Assembly: GCA_963705305.1 (NCBI GenBank)
Contig: OY970067.1
Span: 3,264,001-3,328,000 of the forward strand
DNA length: 64,000 nt
Reading direction: 5' to 3'
Source of the DNA: an uncultured Methylomirabilota bacterium
Lineage (GTDB): Bacteria > Methylomirabilota > Methylomirabilia > Methylomirabilales > 2-02-FULL-66-22
A program made the position numbers and the translations under genes. A model generated the notes under the pieces. It made no database searches. It was not told the origin of the DNA and saw only the letters and a program-made list of their open reading frames with translations. Each line of letters starts with the position of its first letter. The stretch's first letter is position 1. Below, in pieces: positions 18,884-30,066 of this stretch.

Positions 18884-20296
18884 TCATAGGCATTTGCCTC
18901 CCGAGAAGTACTGAGCGAGCCACTGGAGCCAGCTCTGAGGGCGTGGGCTCAGCATCCCGGTTGTCCGAGGCTCGCGGGATCCGCTCACCGGGGCGAGGAA
19001 GGGCGATGGGGCGCCGTGCCGACAGAGCCAGAGCAACTGCTTGGCGCGAGTGACGGCGACGTACAGGAGACGCAGTTCCTCGTACCGGCTGCCGTCCGAC
19101 TCGGCCCGCCGGCAGGGCATCAGGCCGTCCTGGACCCCGGCCAGAAAGACACACGTGAACTCGCAGCCTTTGCTCTGGTGCATGGTCATGAGCTGGATCG
19201 CGTCCGGGGCGGGAGTCGGGGGCTCCTGACCATCGTCAAGCTGGTCGTGCCGGGGCGGTTGGAATACCGGGATGTTCCAGCGAGTCGCCTCCGTCTCCAG
19301 GGCCGGCATCTGCGCGCGGAGGCGGACGAGGATGGCGATCTCGCTGGCCGGAATGTGGATCGCGAGCAGGGTGCGGACCTCCTCGAAGATACAGACCGCC
19401 TCGGCCTCGGCGCTCTCCGTGACGATCCAGCGGATCGCCGGGTGGGCCTCCGGACGTTTCGCGGACATGGAGTGGCACGGGGCCTGGGGGCCAGCAGTGG
19501 GGCTGAGGAGCCGGCGAGCGAGTTCCACGATCGTCTTCGCCGACCGGTAATTCTCGGCCAGCAGGATCGTTTTGCACGGCTGCGCGAAGGTGGACTCCGC
19601 CTGGAGCAGGTAGGCCGCCGAGGCTTGCCGGAAGCCGTAAATGGCCTGGTCCGGATCCCCGACGAGCAACAGTTCCGGCTCGGTCATGTGCCGGCAAAGC
19701 TCTTGGAGGAACTCCACTTGCGTCGCGTCCAGGTCCTGGGCCTCGTCGACTGCCAGGAACTGGACCGGCGGGATCCACGCGGGCACGCCCCCTGTCCGGA
19801 GCGCTGCGATGGCCTGGGGAATCAGGGCATCGAGGTTCAGGGGGGACGGCAGGAGCCCGAGGTCCGCGAGGATCCGATAGGCCAACGCGTGGAAAGTCCC
19901 GAGCGCGGGCGCCTTCTGACCGGATTTCCCCAGGCGCTGGCGCATCTCGGTGGCGGCCCGGCGCGTGAAGGTGAGGCCGATCATGGTGTGGGCTGGCATT
20001 CCCTTCTGGAGGCGGTCTTTCAGCTCATTCGTGAGCAGGCGGGTCTTGCCGGACCCGGGCCCAGCCAGGACGCGGCGCAGACGCGGGGCCTTGGTGCCAC
20101 CTGGATGGAGCATGCGGTGTGGTCCTCCTGGGTGCGAGCGGGGGGAGGGTTGCACCCAGGGCAGGGGGGCATTCCAGGTCGGAACGAGCGCCGGGCTCGC
20201 GTTGGCTGCCGGGGTGCTCGGGTACACGGTCACCAGCCGTTCGCCCCGGTGGGACGGCGGGATTGGCGATGTGGGCACCCGGGCCGCCTTGGCCAT
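18884..20296 (-). CDS. Compact UvrD/Rep-family helicase
   Basis: AGPGSGKT, TFTRRAA, VDEAQD, VGDPDQAIYGFR, ENYRS, TMHQSKGCEF, LYVAVTRAK. Confidence 0.88.
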   Translation of the reverse strand: MAKAARVPTSPIPPSHRGERLVTVYPSTPAANASPALVPTWNAPLPWVQPSPRSHPGGPHRMLHPGGTKAPRLRRVLAGPGSGKTRLLTNELKDRLQKGMPAHTMIGLTFTRRAATEMRQRLGKSGQKAPALGTFHALAYRILADLGLLPSPLNLDALIPQAIAALRTGGVPAWIPPVQFLAVDEAQDLDATQVEFLQELCRHMTEPELLLVGDPDQAIYGFRQASAAYLLQAESTFAQPCKTILLAENYRSAKTIVELARRLLSPTAGPQAPCHSMSAKRPEAHPAIRWIVTESAEAEAVCIFEEVRTLLAIHIPASEIAILVRLRAQMPALETEATRWNIPVFQPPRHDQLDDGQEPPTPAPDAIQLMTMHQSKGCEFTCVFLAGVQDGLMPCRRAESDGSRYEELRLLYVAVTRAKQLLWLCRHGAPSPFLAPVSGSREPRTTGMLSPRPQSWLQWLAQYFSGGKCL

Positions 20297-20299
20297 ACG

Positions 20300-21409
20300 C
20301 TATTCTCCGCGGATGGGCATAACGATGTAGGTGTACCGGTCGTCGTTCGCCGGCTGGACCAGGATGGGGTCCAGGGGACCGGTGATGTAGAGACGGATGG
20401 TCTCGACGCCCACCCGGTCGAGGTAGTCCAGGAGGTATTTGCCCTGCACGGAGAACGCGGTGGGCTGGCCGCTGCACGTGCAGTCCAGATCTTCGCGGCC
20501 GTCTCCCAGGTCCGGGTTCCGGCCGGAGAGGGTGAGCATCCCGGCTCCCGGGGTGAGCTTCACGGGGTGGCCGTCGGCGAGGATCGGGGCGATCCGGCGC
20601 AGGCCATCGCGGAACGTCTCGCGCGGGATCTCGATCAGGTGCTCGCGGCTTGCCAGGACTACCTGGTCGACGTTGGGGAAACCGGCGTCGATCAGCCGGC
20701 TGGCGATAACGAATCCCTCACGCTGGACCACCAGGTGTTCCTGGTTTGGGCTGAAGCCCAGGTGTAGCTCCCCTCCCAGTTCGGCGCCGAGTCGGGCCGC
20801 CATGTTGAGGGGCTTGGGGGGGACGATGACATTCACGTCCTGCTGGCCGTTTGCGTGCGGGAAGCTCACCAGCGCGAGGCGATGGCCGTTGGTCGCCGCC
20901 ACCTTCAGAGCGTCGGCAGTGCTCTGGAAGGAGATACCTGTCAGGGCAAAGCGGCTGGCGTCGGTGCTGACCGCGAATTCGGTCCGACTCACCAGATCCG
21001 CGAATGCCGCGGCCGGCAGCGTGAGCCACTCGGCCTCCGGCAGCTGCGGGAACTGCGGGAAGTCGTCCGGCTTGGCGCCCCGCAGCCGGAACTGGGACCG
21101 CTCGCAGGTGAGCTCCACCGTGTCGTCCTTGGTGAGGGTCAGCGTGACCTTGGCGGTGGACGGGAGGGCGTGGGTGATCTCGTTGAGCTTCTGTCCGGGG
21201 AGGGCGACCACGCCCGGGGTGGCCACCTCCGCCGGTAGCGTCAGCCGGATGGAGGTGGTGAGGTCAGTCCCCGTCACAACCACTTGCTGCGCGGCGGTCC
21301 CCTCCACGAGGAAGTGCGAGAGGATCGGGAGGGGCTTGGTCTTCGGGTCGATTGCGCGCTGGACCAGGCCGACGGCCTTCGAGAACTCTTTCTGGACGGT
21401 GAAGTTCAT
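20300..21409 (-). CDS. dnaN: DNA polymerase III beta sliding clamp
   Basis: 369 aa; LPILS, GTDL, DDFP, AATNGHRLA, SRLIDAGFPN, IVMPIR. Confidence 0.92.
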   Translation of the reverse strand: MNFTVQKEFSKAVGLVQRAIDPKTKPLPILSHFLVEGTAAQQVVVTGTDLTTSIRLTLPAEVATPGVVALPGQKLNEITHALPSTAKVTLTLTKDDTVELTCERSQFRLRGAKPDDFPQFPQLPEAEWLTLPAAAFADLVSRTEFAVSTDASRFALTGISFQSTADALKVAATNGHRLALVSFPHANGQQDVNVIVPPKPLNMAARLGAELGGELHLGFSPNQEHLVVQREGFVIASRLIDAGFPNVDQVVLASREHLIEIPRETFRDGLRRIAPILADGHPVKLTPGAGMLTLSGRNPDLGDGREDLDCTCSGQPTAFSVQGKYLLDYLDRVGVETIRLYITGPLDPILVQPANDDRYTYIVMPIRGE

Positions 21410-21412
21410 GGA

Positions 21413-21553
21413 TTACACTCCATAGAGCCACGGGTGGACACGCAATTCCCACCAGCGGGCAAGTGAGAGCGCGTGCCTGCGCGGAGACCCGTAGCGCACG
21501 AGGGCCGCCATGACGTGCAGGGCGTTGAGGTGGTGCTGCATGTGCCGCCGCAT
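21413..21553 (-). CDS. Small hypothetical protein
   Basis: MRRHMQHHLNALHV..HPWLYGV; stop 3 nt before the dnaN start. Confidence 0.45.
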   Translation of the reverse strand: MRRHMQHHLNALHVMAALVRYGSPRRHALSLARWWELRVHPWLYGV

Positions 21554-21749
21554 CCGCCTCCTCACGCGCTCGGGCCAGTGGGCTGACCCGTGCTGGAGCG
21601 CACGGTACCAGCCCGGAACAACAGGTGAAGGGCAGAAAAATGCAGGGCACGGTGCCGATGCTGGCGGGGCGGCACGCCGCGCCCTGTGGACCGGTGGAGT
21701 GCCCAGGCATCCGGGGAATCTGTGGCGGCCCGGGGGTGGCGGGACGGGA

Positions 21750-22025
21750 CTAGGCGGTCTTCGCGGCCAGGGCATCCACAAACTTCACGCGCTCGACCAT
21801 GACGATTTGCTTGGGGAAGGGGTGGCGCTTGGGATCAGTCCAGGTCTGCTGCGTGAGCCAGCCTTCCATGAGAACCATGCGCGCTTTGGCCAGAACCGTC
21901 GTGGCGCTCTCGGCCTGCACTCCGAAGACGGCCGAATCCATGAAGCAAGTTTCCTCATCCAGACTCTTTCCCGAGAGGTCCCGCGGTGCGGGAGTTGCTC
22001 GGGTTCCCGATGGGTAAAGGTGCAT
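21750..22025 (-). pseudogene. ssb: Degenerate ssb fragment
   Basis: EETCFMDSAVFGVQAE..VLMEGWLTQQTW..VERVKFV; N-terminal strand missing from the frame. Confidence 0.65.
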
Positions 22026-22172
22026 CCTATCGAGGTGGACGGTCGGGGTGATCGCGTGTGGCGGTCGGCCTCGCTAGCCCTTCTTGGGGTGACGGGGGGG
22101 TTGCAGGGGGAGTATCCAGACGTGCACTCACCATGAGTGGAGAGGTGGTGCGGCGGTGCGGGACTGCGGGGA

Positions 22173-22688
22173 TCAGGTCTCCTGAGCAGCTCGCTCGAAA
22201 TACGCCCATGGCACGATGTCCGTCTCCTGCCCGCCGTCCACGTGCCGGAGGTACGTGCGGTACCGGGCACCCTGCATATCCAGGTGGACCTGGTCACATT
22301 CGGTGCCGTCGGCCAGGCGATCGTCGAGGGTGAAGTCGTTGGAGAGTTCGACGATCTGCTGGTCGCTGAGAACCTGCTCCACCAACTCGTCGCCTAGGCG
22401 GGCACGCAGAAAATCCTCGATATCGTCGCATTCCTTGCTGGCAGCCATGACGCTGGCGAACTCCTGGCTCGCCTCGACCTCCGGGTCGTGGCCCAACCAG
22501 CGGGGTGTCGCGTCCCAGAAGCTGAGAGTCCAGAGGCTACCAAGTGCCTCGCGCTGGGTGTCGATCTGGCGGACTGTCTCGCGCCGCTAGAGCATCTGGC
22601 GGGCGTATTCCGGGGTGATGGTGAGGAGCGCGAACGACGAGGAGGGGCGGTTCTCGTCGGACCCGTGAACGTACAGTAAGAGTCGCAT
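22173..22688 (-). pseudogene. Hypothetical gene with an in-frame TAG at 22587-22589
   Basis: ORFs 22587-22688 and 22173-22496 share a frame separated by one amber codon. Confidence 0.55.
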
Positions 22689-22834
22689 GGTTCTATCTCC
22701 TTGCCCTTGTCGGCCGGTATCTTGAGATTCCAGGCATGGGTCTTCGCATCCGTGGGACCCTGGAGACGAGGCGCCTTGCTTCAGCGCGAGTGGGTGACAC
22801 TGTAGATGGCCTGTTGACATTCGACGGGCGTGGG

Positions 22835-23418
22835 TCAACCTCGCGCGTGGATCTGAAGGTCCAGCCGGGCTTCGATGGTCCGGATTGCCGGGAGATAGTC
22901 CATGAGGATGTGACTGTCTTCCGGGACGGGGGCGGTTGATGTGAATTGATGCGCCAGCGTCTCCCAGCTAAGGCCCTGGCCCAAGAGCTTGCTGGTCTGG
23001 ATCTCATGAAGAAACGTCGGCCACTTCGCTGCGGCGGCATGGGGAGGGGAATCGGGAGCGAGGTAGACGACAATCACATAGGCAAGGCCTCTCCGCTCAG
23101 CCCAGAGTTCGAGGAATGCGGCCTGGTGAACAGGAAGCTGGGATGGGTACCAGCGATCCTCGGAGACGGACTTCAGCTCGACGGCGAGCGCTCGACCCTC
23201 CGGCGCGAGGACGCCCAGGTAGTCCGACACGGTTCGTTGCCGATAGAAGCCGGTGAATCGGCCCCGGGAGGCGCTGTCCTCCTCCCGGTGGAGGCGCCCG
23301 ACGGGGGGGGAGGCACCGGAACCATGAGCGCAGTGCCGGCCTGCTCGTAGGCGGTGTGCGTCAAGGCGAGGAACCGTTCTGCCGTGCGCCCACGGTTGGC
23401 GCAGTGTCGAGCATACAT
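22835..23418 (-). pseudogene. recU: RecU-like Holliday junction resolvase, frameshifted in a homopolymer
   Basis: ANRGRTAE..VPPP then VSDYLGV..AVELKS..HQAAFL; frame change at G8 run 23303-23310. Confidence 0.75.
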
Positions 23419-23853
23419 GAGGGCTCCTTGGGTTAGATGAACAAGGTGCGGCTGAGCCACCTCGCGACGGGGAGGATTCGGTGGTTGCAGCCGCGGCCAC
23501 CGGGAATCATGGATGGACTCCAGGGAGCGAACTCGGTGGCGCGCGGATCTAACGAAGAAAGACACGAAGGGTTGGCAGAGCCGGTTTAGGTGAACGCCGG
23601 TTTCTCCCCGAGCTGCAGTAAGAGAGATCGTGTGGCGAGATCAATTGGGGAAATATCAGGGGAAGACAACCATGGATCCAATCTCTGTTGGCCTCCGGCG
23701 GCATCGGTGGGACTAAGCCGTCGGAGCCGAGGGTGCTCGTCTCGACAAGCATGGAAACAGCACCACAATTGTACCATTTCAAGAGCACCTCATCACTCGG
23801 CTGTTCCTTGCAAGTGCTTGCTGGATTCTGTGTCGCAGTAGGCATGAGATTAT

Positions 23854-23875
23854 TTAATTGACATAAGTAAATTAA
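23854..23875. promoter_or_regulatory. AT-rich imperfect palindrome, FNR/CRP-like box
   Basis: TTAATTGAC-ATAA-GTAAATTAA upstream of the leftward gene tract. Confidence 0.4.
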
Positions 23876-24124
23876 TTTGGTCTGAAACCAGCCGGTAGCT
23901 GGCCGGGCACAGTATTCAGCTGGCGAGAAGGTTCTGCAGTAGTTCAATCAGTACGGCGTGCTCACCGCTGATCTTCCGGAGCCACTCGTCTCGCGAGCAG
24001 TCCGCAAGCTCCACCCGGCCAGGGTAGGCCCGGACCACGACTGTTGGGAGGTGTCAAGGGCCATTCAATTTTCCCCAGGTGTGGTCATCGAAAATTCCCC
24101 AGCCGTCGCCTGTTTGGTGGTGCG

Positions 24125-24904
24125 TTAGGCCGTGGCCTCGGCCCCCTTCAGGAGGCCGGCCTTGATCTTCTCCTTCAACCGGTAGCTGTCCCCGCGGATG
24201 GTCACGGTGATTCCATGGTGCAAGAGGCGGTCGAGGATGGCCGTCGCAATCACCCGATCCCCGAAGACCTCCCCCCAGTTCGCGAAGCTCTGGTTCGAGG
24301 TGAGGATCACGGGGCCGCGCTCGTAGCGCCGGCTGATGAGCTGGAAGAAGAGATTGGCCCCCTGCCGGTCGATGGGGAGGTACCCGATCTCGTCCAAGAT
24401 CAGCAGCCGGGGGACGGTGTAGAGCTTCAGCTTCTCCTCGAGCCGGTTCTCGCTCATCGCCTTGGTGAGCGTCGTGAGCAGGGCGGCCGCGGTCGTGAAC
24501 AGGACCCGGTACCCGAGCTGGATGGCCTTGAGGCCGAGCCCGACGGCGAGGTGGGTCTTCCCCACGCCCGGCGGGCCCAGCAGGATCACGTTCTCGCCGG
24601 TCTCCACGAACCGGCAGGTGGCCAGGGTCTGGAGCTGCTTCTTGTCGAGGGAGGGCTGGTAGCTCCAGTCGAAGCCCTCCAGGGTCTTCACGAAGGGGAA
24701 CCGGGCCAGGCTCGTGCGCATGGCCACGTGCTTGGCGGTCTTGGCGGTGACCTCCTCGGTGAGCACGGCCTCGAGGAAGTCGGCGTAGGTCGTCTCCTGC
24801 GTGGTGGCGTCCTGCAGGAGCGCTTCGAGCCGCTCCCGGCTCTTGAACAAGCGGAGGCGCTGGCAGTGCTCCTGGAGCCGTTCGAGCTGGGCGGGCGTGG
24901 TCAT
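24125..24904 (-). CDS. istB: IS21 helper ATPase (outer element)
   Basis: GPPGVGKTHLA, LILDEIGY, ILDRLLHH. Confidence 0.95.
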   Translation of the reverse strand: MTTPAQLERLQEHCQRLRLFKSRERLEALLQDATTQETTYADFLEAVLTEEVTAKTAKHVAMRTSLARFPFVKTLEGFDWSYQPSLDKKQLQTLATCRFVETGENVILLGPPGVGKTHLAVGLGLKAIQLGYRVLFTTAAALLTTLTKAMSENRLEEKLKLYTVPRLLILDEIGYLPIDRQGANLFFQLISRRYERGPVILTSNQSFANWGEVFGDRVIATAILDRLLHHGITVTIRGDSYRLKEKIKAGLLKGAEATA

Positions 24905-25206
24905 GCGGCACCTCCCGCCTGGGCGCAGGCGTCGTAGATCGCGAGATCACGGACGTCGACGACGGGGATCGTCCACGGGGAGACCGGACGCTCAACCCCC
25001 TGGCGGCGGGCCTGCCGGGGATTGCGCGCGACGGCCCCCGGGCCGTGCTCGGGGAGCAACCGGACTTGATGCCGGCCGCGGAACTCTTCATGCTCGGCGA
25101 CGACCTGACCCTGGTAGCGGATCACGACGCGGCCCTCCCGGCGCTGCACCTCCACGGTGCGACCGATGAGGCGGAAGGGCACGGAGTACCGGTTGGTGTC
25201 GAGGCT
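24901..25206 (-). pseudogene. istA: 3' fragment of outer IS21 transposase
   Basis: SLDTNRYSVP continues FLVS from 27895. Confidence 0.88.
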
Positions 25207-25378
25207 TGATTGTGTCAACCTGATTTGGCCCCTTTGTGATGCTCTGATTTGGTCCCACCTCCTTTCAGGGGATTAGTACTTGTGAGACGACGTCAGTATC
25301 CGTGTCCCATCCTCTATCAGGAGCATCAGCAGCATTCCCTCCGGTTCCCTACACGTTGAGAGAGCAGCCTCGGCGCAC

Positions 25379-26248
25379 TCATCGGGCCTCCCGGGCATCA
25401 TGTTGAGGAGAGATGGGGACCTCCTTGCCGGCTCCGGAGGCGGAGGGAGGAGGACTCTCCCGGGGGCGGGGCCTCGATCGGGTCTTCGGCTGCCGCTGCT
25501 CCAGGCTGCGGCGGAAGCGGTAGGACTCCGTCCCCGTGTCGATGATGTGCGCTCGGTCAGTGAGCCGGTCGAGCAGGGCCTTGCAGAGCCGGGCGTTGGG
25601 GAACACCGTGGTCCACTCCGAGAAGGGCAGGTTGGTCGTGGCGATCAGCGCGGCCTTCTCCGCCCGCTCGGCGATGAGCTGGAACAGGAGTTCGGCCCCG
25701 AGGTCCGCCACGGCCACGTAGGCCAACTCGTCGATGACGATCAGCTCGACGCGGGCCCAGCGGTTGATGACGCGGCTGAGCTGGTGCTGGTGCTGCGCTT
25801 CGACCAGGTCGTTGACGAGCGCCGCCGCGGTCGTGAAGCGCACCCGGCGCCGCTGCCGGCAGGCCGCCACCGCGAGGCCGATGGCGAGATGCGTCTTGCC
25901 GGTGCCGGGCTCGCCCAGGAAGAGGACCGGCTCCGCCTGCGCGAGGTACGCGCCCTCGGCCAAGGTCCGGACCGTGGCGGCCGGGATGGTGGGCGCCTCT
26001 GCGAAGGAGAACTCCTCCAAGGTCTTCAGGACGGGGAAGTGCGCCTCCTGGATCCGGCGGTCGATGAGCCGGCGCGTCCGCTCCTCGACCTCGGCCCCGA
26101 GCAGGGCCTCGAGGTAGGTCAGGTGATCCTGCTGGGCCAGGGCGGCCTCGGTGGCGAGGCCGGCGCACTGGGCCCCCACCGCGGGCAGGTGGAGCTGCTT
26201 GCAGTGCTGGCGGATGACGGCGAGCCGGAGCTCCGTGGGGGCGCTCAT
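25379..26248 (-). CDS. istB: IS21 helper ATPase (inner element)
   Basis: [26 protein letters not shown]. Confidence 0.95.
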   Translation of the reverse strand: MSAPTELRLAVIRQHCKQLHLPAVGAQCAGLATEAALAQQDHLTYLEALLGAEVEERTRRLIDRRIQEAHFPVLKTLEEFSFAEAPTIPAATVRTLAEGAYLAQAEPVLFLGEPGTGKTHLAIGLAVAACRQRRRVRFTTAAALVNDLVEAQHQHQLSRVINRWARVELIVIDELAYVAVADLGAELLFQLIAERAEKAALIATTNLPFSEWTTVFPNARLCKALLDRLTDRAHIIDTGTESYRFRRSLEQRQPKTRSRPRPRESPPPSASGAGKEVPISPQHDAREAR

Positions 26249-27786
26249 GGCCGGCCCTCCCGGGCGCCCAGCAGTTGATCGTACCGCGCGACGCTCGGCT
26301 GCGGCCGGTCATAAGCGGCGAGGGGGCCGCCGACCTCCAGCGCCATCGGCGATTGGCGCTCCAGCGTCGCCGCGGTGAGCAGGTACCGCACCGCCGCGGG
26401 ATCGGCGGCCCCGCAGGCCAGGGCCTGCGCCACGCAGGGGGCCAGGCGCGCGTAGCCGTGCACCCGCCCGAGCTGGAGGAGGCCGATCATCGCCCGGGTG
26501 CCGGCCTGGTGCCCCTGGCGCGCCTGCAAGCGGGCCCAGAGTTCGTCGTAGCAGGCGGGCCACCGGCCCTGCGCCCGCCACTGGGCGAGCGGGGTCGCCC
26601 CGGCCAAGGCGCCCGGCTTGTGCACGAGCACGTCCAGGTAGTGCTCGAGGTCGAGGACCTGTTGCTGGCGGCCGTAGCAGCGCGCGTGGGTGGCGACGCG
26701 CTGCCCGGCGTGCCAGATCTCCACCCGGGTCGGGTAGACGCGGGCGTCGACTTGGGTGCCGGGCCGCAGGGGGACCGAGTAGCCGTTCGTCCGCACCCGG
26801 ACGCAGCCGAGGCCGTCCACCGTGGGGAAGCTCACCTCGGCGAGATCAAAATCCTCGGCGGCCAGGGGCAGGAGGTGCGGCTGCTCGCGCTGCACGAGGA
26901 CCCCGACCGGGTCGGCCCGGCCGGCGAGCACCCGCTGCTGGTCGGCCTGGCAGCCCTCCAGGAGCTGCGCGTTCAACGCGGCGAGGCCGGCGGCCACCGG
27001 GATCGGCACCCCGTGGTTGCGGCGGAAGTAGCCGGCTTCGCCTTCGATCCCGCCCTTCTCGTGGCCCGCCCCGGGGGTGCAGAACTCGGCGGCGAAGCGC
27101 CAGTGGGAGCGGAAGGCGATAAACCGGGTGGTCTGCTCGCGCTCCCGGCCGCGCAGGATCCGCTTGATCGCGAGCGGCAAGTTGTCGTACCGCAGGCGAT
27201 GGAAGACCCCGCCAAAGTAGTGGAAGGCCAGTTCATGCGCCTCCAGGAACGCCTGCTGGGTGGCGTGGGTGTAGGCGCGGTGGAAGGCAGCGCCGCTCGC
27301 CATGCTGCGGAGGCCGAAGACCTGCAGGGGCTGCCGCACGCCGCCGAGCTCGGCCACCGCCTCGTACCAGTCGACCTGGCTCTCGCTGCCCCAGGCATAG
27401 CTCTGGGGGATGCAGGTCACCTTGCCGCTGAGCCCGAGCGCGCGCTTCTGCTCCCGCACGTACTCCCGCACGGTCGACTCCGCCACGGGGAAGCCCGGCA
27501 GTTCCTGGCGCAGCCGGTGGAAGATCCGCCGGGCCGTATGCCGCTGCTTGCGGGGCGCGGTGCGGTCGGCGGCCAGGATCGCATCAATGACCGGGATCAC
27601 CGGGGCCAGCCTCGGCCGGGCGCGCTGCGCGCGCTTGCGCTCCGGCGGCAGCGCCTGGGCGGCGGCTTCCCGGACTAACCGGCGATGGACGCCGAACTTG
27701 CGGGCAACACCCCGGATGGTCCCGATCCCGAACTCGTACTCTCGGCGCAGCTGCTCGAACAGTTCCACTTTGCCTCTCCTCTCCAC
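26245..27786 (-). CDS. istA: IS21 transposase (inner element)
   Basis: N-terminal HTH, QVDW, RYDNL, EKGGIEG, NGYSVP. Confidence 0.95.
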   Translation of the reverse strand: MERRGKVELFEQLRREYEFGIGTIRGVARKFGVHRRLVREAAAQALPPERKRAQRARPRLAPVIPVIDAILAADRTAPRKQRHTARRIFHRLRQELPGFPVAESTVREYVREQKRALGLSGKVTCIPQSYAWGSESQVDWYEAVAELGGVRQPLQVFGLRSMASGAAFHRAYTHATQQAFLEAHELAFHYFGGVFHRLRYDNLPLAIKRILRGREREQTTRFIAFRSHWRFAAEFCTPGAGHEKGGIEGEAGYFRRNHGVPIPVAAGLAALNAQLLEGCQADQQRVLAGRADPVGVLVQREQPHLLPLAAEDFDLAEVSFPTVDGLGCVRVRTNGYSVPLRPGTQVDARVYPTRVEIWHAGQRVATHARCYGRQQQVLDLEHYLDVLVHKPGALAGATPLAQWRAQGRWPACYDELWARLQARQGHQAGTRAMIGLLQLGRVHGYARLAPCVAQALACGAADPAAVRYLLTAATLERQSPMALEVGGPLAAYDRPQPSVARYDQLLGAREGRP

Positions 27787-27894
27787 CGTCCCTCCGTTCT
27801 AGGGCTATGCCCCCGCCCAGAGTAGACGGCGATGGTCGAGAGGTGGGGCCAAATCAGAGCATCACAAAGGGGCCAATTGAGAGTATCAAACTCA

Positions 27895-28894
27895 GGGCTC
27901 ACCAGGAAGTCCTCGGCCACCACCCGGGGGTAGCTGGCTTCCAGCCGGAAGGCGGGTTGATGGGTCGTCGCGAGGAGATGGGGCTGCTCCGTAGCGAAGC
28001 GGTCGATGGGGCGTTCGTGGGTGGTCCCGTGGATCCGCTGATCAGCCACCGTGGTCGTCCAGGTCAGGAGGGCCTCGTCGAGGTGCCGGTCATCCACGAA
28101 CGCCCGGCCGGGGAGGAAGTTCCGCTTCAGGTACTTCACCCCGGACTCGACCTTCCCCTTGGTTTGGGCCCGGTAGGGCTGGCAGAGGCGCGGATCGAAG
28201 CCCCAGTACTTGGCGAAGCTCAGGAACGTGGGGTTCCAGGTGACCCCGCCCTCCCCTGGCCGACAGACGGTCCGCGGCCGGTCGTACAGGTGCTCCCGCG
28301 TGTGGCCGCCGAAGTGGTCGAAGGCCCGCTCGTGCGCGTCGAGGAAGGTCGGGAGCTGTTCATCCCGGCAGGCCAGGTAGAAGCTCCGGCGGGAGTAGCC
28401 GAGCGTCAGCACGAAGAAGTGGCGGACCGCCTGCCCCGCGCGGAACGGGACGAGGGCCTGACCCCAGTCGATCTGGCTCTGGAGCCCGGGTGGGGTCTCA
28501 AACCGGACGCTCGTGCGGGCCGCGCGCTCCTGCGCGTCCCGGAGGGGTCGGACGAACCGCTTCACCGTCTGGTAACTTCCCATGTACCCGTGCCGCTGCG
28601 TCAGTTCCTGGTAGAGGATCTGGGCCGAGTAGCCCACGGCCGGCACCCGCGCTTCCAGGTAGGTGCGGTGCGCGGTCAACAGCGTGTCGGGCTGCGGCGG
28701 CCGCTGGTAGGGCGTCCACACCGCGTGCGCTAGGCACGTCCGGACCGTCTTCCGGTCCAGGTCGAGCGTCCGGGCGATTGCCGCGTTCGACCAGCGCTCC
28801 ACGGTGAACAACCGGTGGATCTCCTCCCACAGGGCTTGTCGCAGCATCGGGGCCTCCCGGTCAGCGGTTGCAACCGGGAGGGTACTACAGGTGC
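27895..28894 (-). pseudogene. istA: Central fragment of outer IS21 transposase
   Basis: RFETPPGLQSQIDWG, LYDRPRT, TKGKVE; original start at 30080 cut off by IS630. Confidence 0.9.
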
Positions 28895-30066
28895 TAGTCT
28901 AGTGTGTCATAAATACGGTGACTTATAGTACGTACTCTGGTATGCTCCTCGGTGAGGAGGAGCAAGCCATGCGTGTGGCGGTGCCGATTGTGCTGAGCCC
29001 GCAGGAACGCACCATCTTGGAACGCTGGGCACGGGGGCGGCGCACCCCCGCGCGCCTCGTGCGCCGGGCGCAGATCGTCCTGCGCGCGGCGGCGGGGCAG
29101 CGGAACGACGAGGTCGCCCGGGCCCTGGACACGGATCGCGAGTGTGTGGGTCGGTGGCGGACTCGCTTCGCCCAGCAGCGGCTGGCCGGGATCGAGCGGG
29201 ATGCCCCGCGCCCCGGCCGGACGCCCGCCATCGCCCCGGCGGTCCTGCAGCGCATCGTCACCCTGACGACAACCAGCGCGCCGCCCGCCGCCACCCACTG
29301 GAGCACGCGGACCCTGGCGGCCGCGGTCGGCGTGAGCCCGAAGACCGTGCACCGGGTCTGGCAGGCCCACGGCCTGAAGCCGCATCGGGTCCGCCCGTTC
29401 AAGGTGAGCCGCGACCGGCGGTTCCTCGAGAAGCTGACCGATGTGGTGGGGCTGTACCTGAATCCCCCTGAGCACGCGTTGGTGCTGTGCGCCGACGAGA
29501 AGAGCCAGATCCAAGCGCTCGACCGCACCCAACCCGGCCTCCCGCTGAAGAAGGGCCGGTGCGGCACCCTGACCCACGACTACAAGCGGAACGGCACGAC
29601 CACGCTCTTCGCCGCCCTGGGGCTCGTGACGGGCCAGCTCATCGGCACGTGCCTGCCCAAGCATCGGCACCAGGAGTGGCTCCGGTTCCTCCGGCTGATC
29701 GACGCGCAGACCCCGCCCGACCTGGACCTCCACCTGATCGTGGACAACTACGCCACCCATAAACACCCTGCGGTCCAGCGCTGGCTCGCCCGCCACCCAC
29801 GCTTCCACATGCACTTCATTCCGACCAGCAGCTCGTGGTTGAATCTCATCGAGCGGTGGTTCCGGGAGCTCACGACCAAGCGGCTCCGCCGGGGCGTCTT
29901 CAAGAGCGTCGCCGACCTCATCGCCGCCATTGAGGCCTTCATCGCACACCACAACCGCCACCCCCGGTCGTTCACCTGGACGGCCAAGGTGGAGGACATC
30001 CTGGCGAAAGTCGAGCGGGCTCGAGCAGTGCTGCATAAGATGGCATCTGTGTGACACGGTAGACTA
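28895..30066 (+). mobile_element. IS630-family element
   Basis: Inverted ends TAGTCTAGTGTGTCA / TGACACGGTAGACTA at a CTAG site (TA duplication). Confidence 0.92.
28969..30054 (+). CDS. IS630 transposase
   Basis: [37 protein letters not shown]. Confidence 0.95.
   Translation: MRVAVPIVLSPQERTILERWARGRRTPARLVRRAQIVLRAAAGQRNDEVARALDTDRECVGRWRTRFAQQRLAGIERDAPRPGRTPAIAPAVLQRIVTLTTTSAPPAATHWSTRTLAAAVGVSPKTVHRVWQAHGLKPHRVRPFKVSRDRRFLEKLTDVVGLYLNPPEHALVLCADEKSQIQALDRTQPGLPLKKGRCGTLTHDYKRNGTTTLFAALGLVTGQLIGTCLPKHRHQEWLRFLRLIDAQTPPDLDLHLIVDNYATHKHPAVQRWLARHPRFHMHFIPTSSSWLNLIERWFRELTTKRLRRGVFKSVADLIAAIEAFIAHHNRHPRSFTWTAKVEDILAKVERARAVLHKMASV

Larger units (their letters stand above)
25207..27894 (-). 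mobile_element. IS21-family element (inner), apparently intact
   Basis: ~54-bp terminal inverted repeats starting TGA and sharing TTGGCCCCTTTGTGATGCTCTGATTTGG; flanks AGCCC/AGCCT on minus strand. Confidence 0.92.

Noticed and set aside
18884..20296. Gabija GajB
   Set aside because: No adjacent OLD-family GajA nuclease
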